Shown here in pieces: positions 14,008 to 30,400 of a DNA stretch of 64,000 nucleotides. Numbering within the stretch: position 1 is the stretch's first letter; each line of letters starts with the position of its first letter. The position numbers and the translations under genes are program-made. The stretch is taken from NCBI RefSeq assembly GCF_009914755.1, contig NC_060934.1; one strand, given 5' to 3'. The notes below the pieces were generated by a model. It had not been told where the DNA came from. It saw only the letters and a program-made list of their open reading frames with translations, and searched no databases. This stretch comes from the human T2T-CHM13v2.0 reference genome, Homo sapiens.

Positions 14008-14643
14008 TATATTAGTCAGGATTCTCCAGAGAGACATAACCAATAGGATAGATAGGTAGACAGGCAGGCAGACAGACAGACATAAGTATAGGTATGGGTA
14101 TAGATAGAGATATGAGAAGGGACATATTAGGGAAATTGACTCATGTGATAATGGAGGCTGAGAAGCCCCAAGATAGGCCATCTTTAACCTGAAGACCCAC
14201 AGAAGCCAGTAGCATGGCTCAGATAAATTACAACGGCCAGAACCAGAGAAGCTAATAGTACAACTCTCAAACCAAGGCTAAAGGCCTGAGAACCCAGGGG
14301 GATACTGGTGCGAACCCAGAGGGATACTGGTGCAAACCCCACAATCCAAAGTCGAGAGAATCTGGATTTCTAATGTCCAAGTACCAGAGAAGAAGATTGT
14401 CTCAGCTCCAGGAGAGAGAGAGTTAATTTGCCTTTTGTCTGCCTTTTTGTTCTCTCTGGGCCCTCAATGGATTAGATGCTGCCTGCCCACATTGCTGAGG
14501 GTGGGTTTTCCTTACTCAGTCCACTAATCCAAAGCTTATCTCTTCCAGAAACGCTCTTTCAGACACACCCAGAAATAATGCCTCACCAGCTATCTGGGCA
14601 TCCCTTAATCCAGTCAAGTAGACACTTAAAATTAACCATCACA
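14008..14643 (-). mobile_element. ERVL solo LTR (MLT2B/C-like)
   Basis: tattagtcaggattctccagagag...ggaggctgagaag...cagacacacccagaaataatg...aaaattaaccatcaca. Confidence 0.9.
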
Positions 14644-14659
14644 GACAATATGTATGACC

Positions 14660-14755
14660 TTATGCATGTCTTTTAAACTCTTGTGGTTTCTCAGTTTCTC
14701 ATTTGTAAAGTGCAGGGTTTGGACAAGGAATTTCTAAGATTCCTTCAAGTTCAGA
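14660..14755 (+). mobile_element. MIR core fragment
   Basis: tctcagtttctcatttgtaaa...ttctaagattccttc. Confidence 0.55.
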
Positions 14756-14868
14756 AAGGCTTTAATTTCCAGTTGCTAGGCATCTAGGTGCTAATAACCA
14801 AACATCAGCAAATCTGTGCAATTTAAGTCTCCCCTTAAAATAGAAGTAGGTTGCAAATTGCTTCAGGC

Positions 14869-14882
14869 CCACTAGAGGGCAG
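14869..14882 (+). promoter_or_regulatory. Candidate CTCF core motif
   Basis: CCACTAGAGGGCAG fits CCASYAGRKGGCRS; motif only, binding not shown. Confidence 0.5.
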
Positions 14883-15552
14883 GTATTGAGACACATCTGT
14901 GGCGAAGAAGGACTAGAAATACAAAGCGGTCCCACATGAACTACTGTGACATAGAAATGGCAAGTTGCGTAACACTTCACCCTTGAACATCACAAAATAT
15001 TTTACAAGCAGAGACTATTGACCCTATTTGGCAGATAACAGAAACTGTGGTGTATCCAGAGCGAATGACTTACTTGGAAGCACAGAAATTCACCAAAAAT
15101 ATGGTCTATGATTCCAGCCTCTTGTTTCTTCGTTTTAGATATTGACCATCACTTGGATGAATTACAGAATGATGGAATCTGAAAGTTGTCAGGAAACTCA
15201 GCGGTTATTTCACCCAATACTTAAGAGAAACACACTCAGTTTTACGTTTCTCAAAACACAGCCAGCCACAGGGTAACTCAAGGAGCCAGGTTGGAGGTGC
15301 CCTTCAGGGTGACTTCCTTTTGAAACATTCATTCAGAAGGAATTTTGAAAATCAAAGAAGAAAAATATCTTGGAAAAAACTGGCTGCTGGTGGTACTGTC
15401 TCCTCCAAGTTGACATCATCAATCAACCAACAATGTAGGAGAACTGTCAGATTCTGGCAGCGTGAGGGACAAGAGAAATTGTCAGACACTTGGAAAATGC
15501 AGAGCTGCTCTGCAACACAGCTGGAGCCCTGCACAGTTGTTATTTGGTTTGT

Positions 15553-15574
15553 GGCGGGCGGGGGGGGGGGGGGG
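15553..15574 (+). repeat. Poly-G tract (G15), G-quadruplex-capable
   Basis: Directly visible. Confidence 0.8.
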
Positions 15575-18500
15575 CACAAAATTTAATGGGAAGAGGGGAG
15601 GAAAAGAGAGGGTATTCATGGAAAAATATCAATTAAAACGTGCCTGATTCATAATTTTCTCTATTTCTCGGCAGAATAACTTTCCATCCTGCTTTTTGCA
15701 TTGTTATCTTCAAATTCATTTTTCAGCTGTTATTCATACTTCATTTTGGTGTTTCTGAATGTATTTGTCCTCACAGTAACTGTTGACAGGTCCAGCCCTG
15801 GAACCATCTGGCTCCTGAAGTAATGAGACCAAATGAAATGGAGCTTGAAGAAATTAACATTCTTTCCTTAATCTATTAATAACTGAAAAGTGTTGATTTT
15901 GGTGACAGCTAGATACTTTATTATGAGGCATATTGGTTAATTAAGAGCATCGTAATGAAGGTTATAGGAACGCATATCCCTCCAGAAATATACATATTTT
16001 TAATAAGCATAATTTGATTCTTCTCAGAGGCTCAAAAAAAAAAGTCAGTGAAAATGTTATGCACAAGGAAAGTCTCAACAAAGAATAAACAGACAATTTT
16101 GCATGGATGGACCATGGCTACTGTTGTTTTATTATCTTAAGTGTGCCTGTGTGTATCAAATACAGCTGCTGCATATCAGCGAACATTGCAGATAATTACA
16201 AGTCTTCCAATCCTATGACTCCACTGTCCCACGATTCTTTCCATCTATTTACTCTTAGATGACGTTTGCGGGTTTCTAGGGTCCTTATGGGGATGGGCAA
16301 GAGAGGAAACATCCATTTTGCCAAAATTTAAAATGCACAGTCTTTGATAATTAGATAATAGATAATGACATTTCCTTGGTCTTCTCTGATGTTTGCAAAC
16401 ATTTTCCTATCGTCTGTGAAAAGTTTACAAAAACTCTATCTCGCACACAGACCTGTCATTAATAAGAGATCAGGTGCTCTACCTTTCCTCTCACCTTTCC
16501 CTCACACTGAGCTCAGAGAAGTTCTGCCTGCCCCTTGAGTATTGTGGATGCCCATTTCCAGTCACGGTTAGTCTAAGAATTTGCTCTCAGACCTTACTAA
16601 GAAATTTTATTTTTCCTCTGTTTACAGTCTTCGTTCAATTTTAGTTAACATGTGTATGAACTTTTCAGGCAAGTTCAGCATCATTTTTCTTCCTGACTGG
16701 TGTCCCATTGAAAAAAAAACACCCACAAGTAAATTCCCCATGTTTTCTCTACTGAGAATATGAAATGAGTTGTGCATTGGTGTGTATTTTCATTGCAAAA
16801 CTTTGCTGCACCATTTCCTCTTCTTCTCTCTTTCTTTTTGCCATTGTCTGTCCACTATGTAGCCAAGACATCCCCACAGAAGGGCTGATCTGTCCCTCTT
16901 GCTTGTTCTCTGTTAAGACATGCTATGCAAGATTGAGTAGAGAGGGAAGATAAAGACCTACATAATTCAGGAGAAAACTGGCTAATTACAATCAAGGGTG
17001 TGTGTTTTTCTATTTTGGGCCTCAATTATCCAGTTTGGTTGTCAACGTTGAAAAATTACTAAATGAAGACCAGATCTTTCATACAGACACTGCATTTCTG
17101 AGCAGAGGGAAAGCATTTTCTCTTTGTTTTCCCATTTGCTTTGTTATGTTCAGTCTCTATTTAAATTCTACTTGCTTATTTTACTTCTTGACACTTTCTC
17201 TCCATTTTTCTCATCCTTCATATTGTTGATGACAGATGTGTGTCAGCACCTTCATGACACTGTGCCCTCAACATTAGACTCAGGAGACATTCGGGGAACT
17301 CACTCTCTCATTCTATAATCAGCACTTCAGTTAGTCTTTGGTGACTACTTATTCCTGTTTATTTGGATAAGTAATTCTGTCTTCAAAAATACAGTTACAT
17401 TAACAAGCAGAATATTAGGGTCAACTTTACTTAGGGTACATGGCACTTTGGCCAGCCTTCTAGCATTCCTAGCCAGGGTTCTACATATCAGGATGACCAC
17501 GCTGAGGAACTGGAAACAGATTCAAGGCCATTGTTAGCTCTGTCCATCCTTATCTGCTGCAGCCACAGTAATGCCTGATTCCACAGAGTGGCTGGAGAAC
17601 CCTCAGTCTCATCATTCGAGCTCAGGGCCAGAAAACTCATAAGGTAAAGTTAAGAACCATGATGACTGGGTCAAGGTTATTCTTAGTATACAAGGGCACC
17701 AGTAATTGGAATAATAGTGCTGAGTTCTTTTTTTAAATAGATGGGGGATAAGACAAAAAAGAATAAAGACAATTGTTGGAGAAAGCTCTGTCTAAACCAG
17801 TGACAGAGAGTAGACATCAGTAATATAAAGTCATACTTATCTTTATTGCAGTTATGCTGTGCTAGCTCACTCTGGATTGTTTTAAGTGGGTACACCCCTC
17901 TCACATAAATACTATCATAGAAAAGGCTCAAAAGCCCAGCACCAGAGACAGCTCCCTGTCTCTGGGATCCTTCCAGGCTTTTTCACCCCTTTTCTTCATT
18001 ACCACTGGAAAATACTTACTTTAGACCTGCTTAGCTCTGCTATCTCTTGGCTTTCACTACTTGTGTTCTCAGCTCCCACCTTCCTTCTTCAGTTTTCCTT
18101 ACCACGACAATCTATTTGGTCACCTTTCTCTGGCTTGAATCCTTAGTAGTCTCTCTTAGCCAATATCTTATTATTTGCTTCCAGCACTATATGCACTACA
18201 GCTAAGGGTAAGAATTGCCTTTGCTATTAGATTCAGCCTGGAAAAGTTGGTACCCACTCCATCAGGGTCTCAGAATCAAATAGCACTCCCAACATATTGG
18301 CTGTAATTACAGACTTAAAATATTGCATAACAGTTTGTTTAGATCTTCAAGAATAAAAGAACCATGTAGGGAATATAAGACTGCTATATGACTTGAGAAT
18401 GCCTTGAGATACATGGGAAAACACTGATGTATTTGTATAAAAGTATCCTTATTGCCAAAAATAACACAGAAATGTTGGGTCATTCCATTTTGTCACCGAT

Positions 18501-18606
18501 GCAATGGCATAAATGGAAATCTGCTAATGTTAGGGTAGAAACTTAGAATCTTACATGATACAAAAAATAGAATGATGGTTAAGCCTATAAACTTTGCTAA
18601 ATTCTA

Positions 18607-18630
18607 TTAGGTTGGTGCAAAAATAAATAC
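18607..18630. mobile_element. One terminus of a MADE1/Hsmar1-type MITE
   Basis: ta-ttaggttggtgcaaaa is the MADE1 terminal inverted repeat; partner end not seen. Confidence 0.55.
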
Positions 18631-18664
18631 CTCGAGTATTTACCCCAGACAACAATGCCACTTC

Positions 18665-18973
18665 ACTGTTGTGAGCTGCACATTCGAGGGTGCGCTTTCC
18701 TTATGAGAATCTAATGCCTGATGGCATGTCGCTGACTCCCGTCACTCTCAGAAGGGACTGTCTAGTTGCAGGAAAACAAGCTCAGGGCTCCCACTGATTC
18801 TACATTATGGTGAGTTGTGGGATTATTTCACTATCTATTACAATGTAATAATAACAAAGTGCACAATAAATGCAATGTGTTTGAATTATCCCCAAACCAA
18901 ACCCTCTGCCCCATCTGTGGAAAAATTACCTTCCACAAAACCAGTCTCTTGTGCCCAAAAGTCGGGGACCGCT
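18665..18973 (+). mobile_element. MER1A hAT-Charlie MITE, 3' part
   Basis: ccttatgagaatctaatgcctgatg...ctagttgcaggaaaacaagctcagggctcccactgattctacattatggtgagttg...tgtggaaaaatt...ggggaccgct. Confidence 0.88.
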
Positions 18974-18979
18974 ATTCTA

Positions 18980-19148
18980 GTATCCCAGCTTACAGAGCAA
19001 GGTGATCACCGCTTTACCTCTGCCTTCCCAATAGCATGTGAGTTTCTCTTTTGTGTCACTCTAACCCAGAAACATACAGAAAAGAGAATTCTGGGAAATG
19101 TAGTTTCACTTAGCCTTGTCTATACAGTACAAACCAACAGAGTCACAG
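18980..19148 (-). mobile_element. Old ERVL/MaLR LTR fragment
   Basis: gaattctgggaaatgtagtt...tcaca terminus typical of antisense ERVL-class LTR 5' ends. Confidence 0.5.
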
Positions 19149-20149
19149 AGCTCCATTTGGCTTCCTGAACATTATGTTGAGGTTTTATGAGGGAAGGGTG
19201 CAAAATACATATCCCATGTTTATAAGGAGGACATCATCACAAAGGAGAGAGGAAATGTCTTGTTTAACAGTTCAAGGTGGCATTCTACAAAGTGTCAGAA
19301 TGAATGCTATAGCCAAAAACTGAAAATGCAAACAAAAAAGAGTTCTAAAAAATGTTTTTCATATTAGTTTTACCCCTTTCCACTACTCCCATTCTCTTAA
19401 TAGCTTTAAAAAAAATCTATGCAGCAAAAACAGAGAAGGACTAGAAAGTGCAGAGAGATCTGTATGGCTTGCCTGATTTCCTTCATTGAATTCAAGAATT
19501 CATAAATTTTTGTGGCTTCAGACTAACCTTTTCTGTATCACATTTGCAGAACATATGCTCTTTGAGTTAAATGTGAGCCCATTTTGTTGAAAGAATAATG
19601 TCTTTTTTTAAGTTTAAAACCTTTTCATTGGTATCCAAGAGACACAGATGAAGAACAGTGGAGTAAGCTGCATTGAAATCTGTTCTATTTACCAGATGTG
19701 TAATTTCCAAGGCTCTCCCGCCTTACTAGTATCTCAAGGGAGAGGCACAGCCTTTGAGAGCAAAGCAGAAGAGAAAAGATCAGTTTGAATGATAATGAGG
19801 TTTGCAAAAAGAGATCTTTACCTTTTTCACACAATGGGATAGACAGCTTTTTTGATGTCAGTTTGGAACTCCCATTAGCTATGATAGGAGTTATAGGTCT
19901 ATCAGGAGAAGAATATAGCCCTATGGATTAGGTAGCAAAGGTCTCCCTCCCTGAGCTTCATTATTATTACAAAAAAGCTTTTTCATACAATGCTAATGGG
20001 AGGTAGATACATGTTCAGAGAATAGATCTCATGGGATGGAGTGCCACTCAGCTAGTTTCTAATTCATGCATATATGGAATGAGAAAGATTGTTGGTGTGT
20101 TTTCCTGTAGATCAGCTCCCACGTGTCTCCATCCTTTTCTCCGAGTAGT

Positions 20150-20766
20150 TCCGATCCAGACCCCAAGAAGGGTTCTTGGATGTCACGCAAGAAAGAATTT
20201 GGGGCAAGTCAGTAAAGTGAAGTAAAGAAACAAACTTTATTACGGAAATAAAGAAACAAAATAATGGTTACTCCATAGGCAGAGCAGCCCCAAGAACTGC
20301 CGGTTGGCTATTTTTATGGTTATTTCTTGATTATATGCTACTAAGGGTGGATTATTCATGAGTAAAGGGGCAGGCAATTCCCAGAACTAAGGGTTGCTCC
20401 CCATTTTAGAGTATTTGGGTAACTTCTTGACTTTGCTGTGGCATTTGTAAACTGTCATGGCACTGCTGGGAATGTCTTTTACCATGCTAATGCATTATAA
20501 TTAAGGTATAATGAGAAGTGAGGACAATCAGATGTCACTTTCATCGCCATCTTGGTTTTGGTGGGTTTGGGCTGGCTTTTTTACCACACCCTGTTTTATC
20601 AGCAGGGTCTCTACGACTTGTATCTTGTGGTACTAGTATTTCTGACCTCCTATCTCATCCTGTGACTAAGAATGCCAAATCTGAGAATGCAGTCCAGAAG
20701 GTTTCAGCCTTACTTTACTCAGCCTCTGTTCAAGATGGAGTTGCTGTGATTCAAACGCCTCTGACA
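20150..20766 (-). mobile_element. MER41B-like ERV1 solo LTR
   Basis: Reverse strand starts tgtcagaggcgtttgaa; has the B-type taattataatgcattagcatg block and ends near ggggtctggatcgg; last ~15 nt missing. Confidence 0.9.
20378..20386. promoter_or_regulatory. STAT GAS motif TTCCCAGAA within MER41B
   Basis: TTCNNNGAA at the position where MER41B carries STAT1 sites. Confidence 0.5.
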
Positions 20767-22142
20767 TCACTACCACCTTCTCTCATGTTCATAGTCACCT
20801 GGGGAGAGCAGCTCTGAAGTGTCCCACCTGTGGCCAAAGGAAAGCTCTGGAGCTTACCAGAGACAGCATATCTTTAAGAAACTTATGTCCCTGGCACTGT
20901 GAATTATTCTCTCTTCCTAAGAAAATCAGCCTCAAAGATGTACTTGCAGATCAGATCTTGGGAGCAGAATGACCTCCTAGATGTTTCATTTTGTTGGACA
21001 ATCTTTGACAGAGCCAAGAAGTCATAAGTATTACACTTTTTTGGATTGGGGAATTGGTTGACATTATTTATCACAATGTGGAAACATTTCCAAATGACAC
21101 TCAGGAGAATCAAAATGATCACTTCTTTTCTGGGACCTGAAGGGAGAGTTCAAAGTTATCAAGTCTTATGTTACTGAGTCTAGCCACCTTATGGGAAGTG
21201 AAGGTGGTGAAATAATTTGGTATTCTATAATTGTTTTACTAAATAAGACTGTTTCTTTACCACTGCTCCCTGCCCCTTAATCTCAAAGTAAGCAACTCTG
21301 GGATAAGTGATATATGAGAATAGCAAAGAGAGATCAACTGAAGAGAACAAGTCAGTGAAATAGAACTCAGAATTAATCAGGAGCACAGGTGCTGGAAACT
21401 CCTGTACATTAAAAAGAAAAGCAAATATATAATTCTTGCTATAAAGAAATTCACCAGTCTGAGAGAAGGCTTTGCTGCTTGCTTTTGGCTAACCTTTTTT
21501 TAACCTGTCTTATATTGTTGAGTCTTTTCTAAGGTCATCAAAACAAAGACATCTGATCTAAACAAATGATAGGCCACAGTGCAGATTTGACAAGATCTCC
21601 TGGGATTCTCTTTGAACATTCATTCTGCACCAGGAAAATTCTGCTTTGAGAAGTCAGTGAGGAGATGCATGCATTAACATGTGCCTATAAATATGTCAAT
21701 CCACTTTACAGGAAAAGACATTATTTTTCATTTAGTTTTTTCCATTTTCACTTTTCTCCTACTAGCTGAAAACTCAGTGTGCCTCCTTTACGGAGGCTGT
21801 GACTGGAAACATTCCTTAATTCTCAACACTCTGCTGACATGAAGCTCAAAGGGGACTCAACAGGTTATCAAAATTATTTCTCTTCTAATGATTCTTTTCA
21901 AATTAATATCTCTCACATTGAACCTTAGGTGGGTCTCTATGGTTCTAATTTCCATGGAGATAGGGACTAGCTATAGAATACCTAAATAATCTAGCTTAGA
22001 GTCCCTGATAATGTAAGGTACCATCTTCTCATTCATCTACTAACTAATTTTTGTCATTTTTGCTTTTTTCAACTATCTTTCTAATTCTTTTGCAGATTCT
22101 CTAAACAAAGCATGCACTCTCCCATTCACCATGAAGTCCACC

Positions 22143-22582
22143 TGTGATGGTTAATACCAAATGTCAACGTGATAGGACTGAAGGATGCAAAGTATTGATC
22201 CTGGGTGTGTCTGTGAGGGTGTCACCAAAGGAGGTTAACATTTGAGTCAGTGGGCTGGGAAAGGCAGACCCACCCTTAATCTGGGTGGGTACGATTTAAT
22301 CAGCTGCCAGCATGGCTAGAATATAAAGCAGGCAGAAAAATGAGAAAAGACTAGACTGGCCTAAGCCTCTCAGCCTACATCTTTCTTCCATGCTGGATCC
22401 TTCCTGCCTTCAAACACTGGACTCCGAGTTCTTCAGTTTTGGGACTCAGACTGGTTCTCTTGCTCCTCAGCTTGCAGATGGCCTATTGTGGGACCTTGTG
22501 ATGGTGTGAGTTAATACTTAATAAACTCCCCTTAATATATATCCTATCAGCTCTGTCCCTCTAGAGAACCCTGACTAATATA
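22143..22582 (+). mobile_element. MLT2A1-like HERV-L solo LTR
   Basis: 440 bp, tgtgatggttaata...ctagagaaccctgactaatata, AATAAA present; TSD ccacc/gcacc. Confidence 0.92.
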
Positions 22583-22779
22583 GCACCTCACCCTATTTTC
22601 TTATGTCTTACCTAGTTCACAGACAGATGTTAATTGTCTGCTCCCATCATCAGTGTTTGGTATCTTGACAATATTGCTATAATATTGACCCAAGCTCAAC
22701 TTGTGTTCCTCCAGGACTACATCTTTTTTTTAGTTTTAAATACCAGCCAGCCATTACCATCATTTCACATTCTCCCTCT

Positions 22780-23450
<671 letters not shown>

Positions 23451-23709
23451 TACTCCCTGGGTAGCTTAAAGACTATTCTCTTTGTGTTATTATGCAGTTT
23501 ATGGATGGATCTATTTGTGGTAGATCCATCCATCCAATAAAGAGAATAGTCTTTATTGCTTGGATGCTTGGGTTACCGTGACCAAAACATGTCTTTGAAT
23601 CATAGACAGTGATGTGACTAGCATTGGTTTATGACAGAAATACTCAAAGATCTAACAACATGAAAGTTTTATCTGAGATTCCTACATCCACTCTCTGGCT
23701 AACCTCTAG

Positions 23710-24420
23710 GATAATTGGAATGATTGTTGAGCAAATGTACATTCCCACCTCCCCTTAGTGAGGGCAGAATACGCTTCTCTGCCCATTAGGCTGCTTTGGC
23801 AATGGGATATTAGCAGACATCATCTAGGCAGAGGTTTGAAATGTGTCTTTGCCTCAGGGCTTGATTTCTTGCGCCTTGGCTGTTGTGAGGGTGAGAGAAG
23901 AAGAGAAAACTTGAGCTCAGTCTGCATCTTAGAGCCAAGGCCAGTCAACTCCAGCTTTGATCAACCAAACACCAACTGGCCCATATACCCATAAGAATTA
24001 AATAAATAGTAATTATATGTTACTGAGTTTTGGCGGGTTGTTTTTTAGGCAGTGATAATTAACATAGGTTTCAGCATCTTCAAGTGGGAGGTCTTTACTT
24101 CAGGCAGAGGTAATTGATTACTATAGATTTCAACACCTTCAAGTGGGGTCCTTCTGTAAACAAAACAAAACATACTCCTGAAATATGTGATATAGGCTTA
24201 GGTTGTAGGCAGTTGGGGGGCAGGGTTGAAGAAACTACAAGAAAAGGCTGGATGAATACTGAGAACACCTACAAGAGGCTGGGAAAATCATGATCTATGT
24301 TATATATTGGCACAATTATGGTTAAACTGTCATTTGCTATAAACTGGAAAATAGAAAATATACCAAATGACCTTTTCTAGCTAGGTGAGGAGGTTTTGCA
24401 ACAAAATTCTTCGGTTCTGG
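23710..24420 (+). mobile_element. Old MLT1 LTR (MLT1H-like) plus start of MaLR internal region
   Basis: gctttggcaatgggatattagcagac...aataaat...actgagttttgg LTR, then aagtggg...aaatatgtg...tggttaaactgtc...tggaaaatagaaaat internal-like sequence. Confidence 0.6.
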
Positions 24421-25117
24421 GTAGTTTGTTAGCAGAAATAGCTAATAAAATGTATTATCAAACAAATTATATAGAGCCCTTCACTTTATTTGGTGAAATT
24501 GTGTTTTTCCAATAATGTTAAAATGTGATAAGATACTTCTCCTCCGTTTTGCATATTGACATATCACATAAAATGCAAAGAAGAAGAGAAAGTGTAACCT
24601 CTCTCCCCCACTAGTCAACATATGTGCATTTCTTCAAAAACTTTAAAATATGTTGAAACCAAACTCAAGATAAGGTGAAGAGGTGAAATTCCAGAGTCAC
24701 ACAAAACATTATAGACATAAGTGATGCAATGGTAATTACACAAAGTGCTTTGCAATGCCCTTCCAGGTAGAAAGAGGTGCATTCTAGACTCAGCTTGAAC
24801 TTCCTCTGGAAAGACCCAGAATACCATAAATTTATTTATCTTGGTGTCAAAATTGCTACAACTGAAGGATACTAAGTTTCCACAAACTCTAAGGCAAAAC
24901 TTCAAAGAGTTACAAATACTATTAACAGGGAATTTGGACCTAAAGTAGGAGAGAACAGTAGTTCTCTTAGGGAGTGTTCATGTTCATTTGACTCAAATCC
25001 TAAGACACCAAAAGAACCTAAAAATGTGATCACAGTATTACTGCTTGGTGACTAAAACACAGAAAATGCTCATAATGGTTTTTGACCAAGGATTCAACAG
25101 ATGAGGCAGAGTACCAT

Positions 25118-25434
<317 letters not shown>

Positions 25435-25712
25435 CTATAAATCGGAAAGATTAACATGAGGCCCCTGCAAAACTGTAGAACTAATTTTTTATTTTTATTT
25501 TATTATTATTATACTTTAAGTTTTAGGGTACATGTGCGCAACATGCAGGTTAGTGACATATGTATACATGTGCCATGCTGGTGTGCTGCACCCATTAACT
25601 CGTCACTTAGCATTAGGTATATCTCCTAATGCTATCCCTCCCCCCTCCCTCCACCCCACAACAGTCCCCAGAGTGTGATGTTCCCCTTCCTGTGTCTATG
25701 TGTTCTCATTGT

Positions 25713-29238
<3,526 letters not shown>

Positions 29239-29549
29239 TAGAACTAATTAACAGATGGTTTGTGAGAACTCAGAAGACAAAAACAATCATTACTAGAGTC
29301 AGAATGTTCGATTATGGAAAGCATTTTCATGCTTTTAAAAATACTGCATCTTATAAAATTCAAGAATTTGATTATTAGAGGCACCATGATTTTATATGAC
29401 ATTAAGGAAAAAACACTACTTGAACCATTACCATCATATGCCATCTATTCTAAGAGTCCTACCACTTACTAATATGATTACATATAAAATAAATGTGTAT
29501 CCCAAAGTGGGAAAAATATGATGTTGCTATTTATTTTCCAGATGACTTC

Positions 29550-30400
29550 TTTTTAGGGTTGGCTAGAGGGACAAAGAAAGGCTAGAGGAGAAACAAGGAT
29601 ACTTCTCCTTCCTGTTTTGCTTCCTGATTCCTATTTTGTTCCCAGTTTTTTTCATCATCCCTACAGCAACACTACTTCTTCATTCTGGCAGCAGAATTTT
29701 GTTCCAGGAGCAGCAGCTTTTTCCAGCATACAGACTTACAACCTTCTCAGGACCAACATCAATGCCTTCTTTCAGAGACAACAGCACCACTCAGGTGGCA
29801 CCCCCCTTCTCAGGGGTCTTACTGTCCTTTCTATGGGGCCTCACCTCAAAGCTACCTGGTTTTAGTGATTTGCAATCTTACCTCCTTTTCTCTCCCAGCC
29901 CTGGGGATCCCACAGCTACTATTCTGTCTGTTCTTATGCTGCTAATAAAGACATACCCAAGACTGGGTAATTTATAAATGAAAGAGGTTTAATGGACTCA
30001 CAGTTCTACATGGCTGGGTAGGCCTCACAGCCATGATGGAAGACGAAGAAAGAGCAAAGGGACATATTACATGGCAGCAGGCAAGAGAGCATGTGTAAGG
30101 GAACTCCCCATTATAAAACCATCAGATCTCGTGACACTTATTCACTATCACTAGAATAGTATGGAGGAAACCGCCCCCATGATTCAATTATCTCCCACCA
30201 GGTCCCTCCCACAACACATCAGAATTATGGGAGCTACAATACAAGATGAGATTTGGGTGGGGACACAGCCAAACCATATCACTGTGACATCTATGTGTTG
30301 ATATTTGCCTTTTGCATTATCTAGTACCTAGTTAACTATAATTTATACCAAATTATCTGTTAGAAGAATTTATATGGCTTCTGTCTCCTGATTAGAACTT
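29550..30400. mobile_element. Old ERVL LTR (LTR33/LTR50-like), split by THE1
   Basis: gggttggc...cttctccttcctgttttgcttcctg...cagcagaattttgttccagg...cccagccctgggg...ttctgtctcctgatt; recalled similarity only. Confidence 0.45.
29918..30281 (-). mobile_element. THE1 MaLR solo LTR (THE1B/C-like)
   Basis: gctgctaataaagacatacccaagactgggtaattt...aaaaccatcagatctcgtga...gatttgggtggggacacagccaaaccatatca. Confidence 0.93.

Noticed and set aside
18815-19168. 117-aa ORF
   Set aside because: Starts at a non-ATG codon and runs across MER1A and an LTR fragment.
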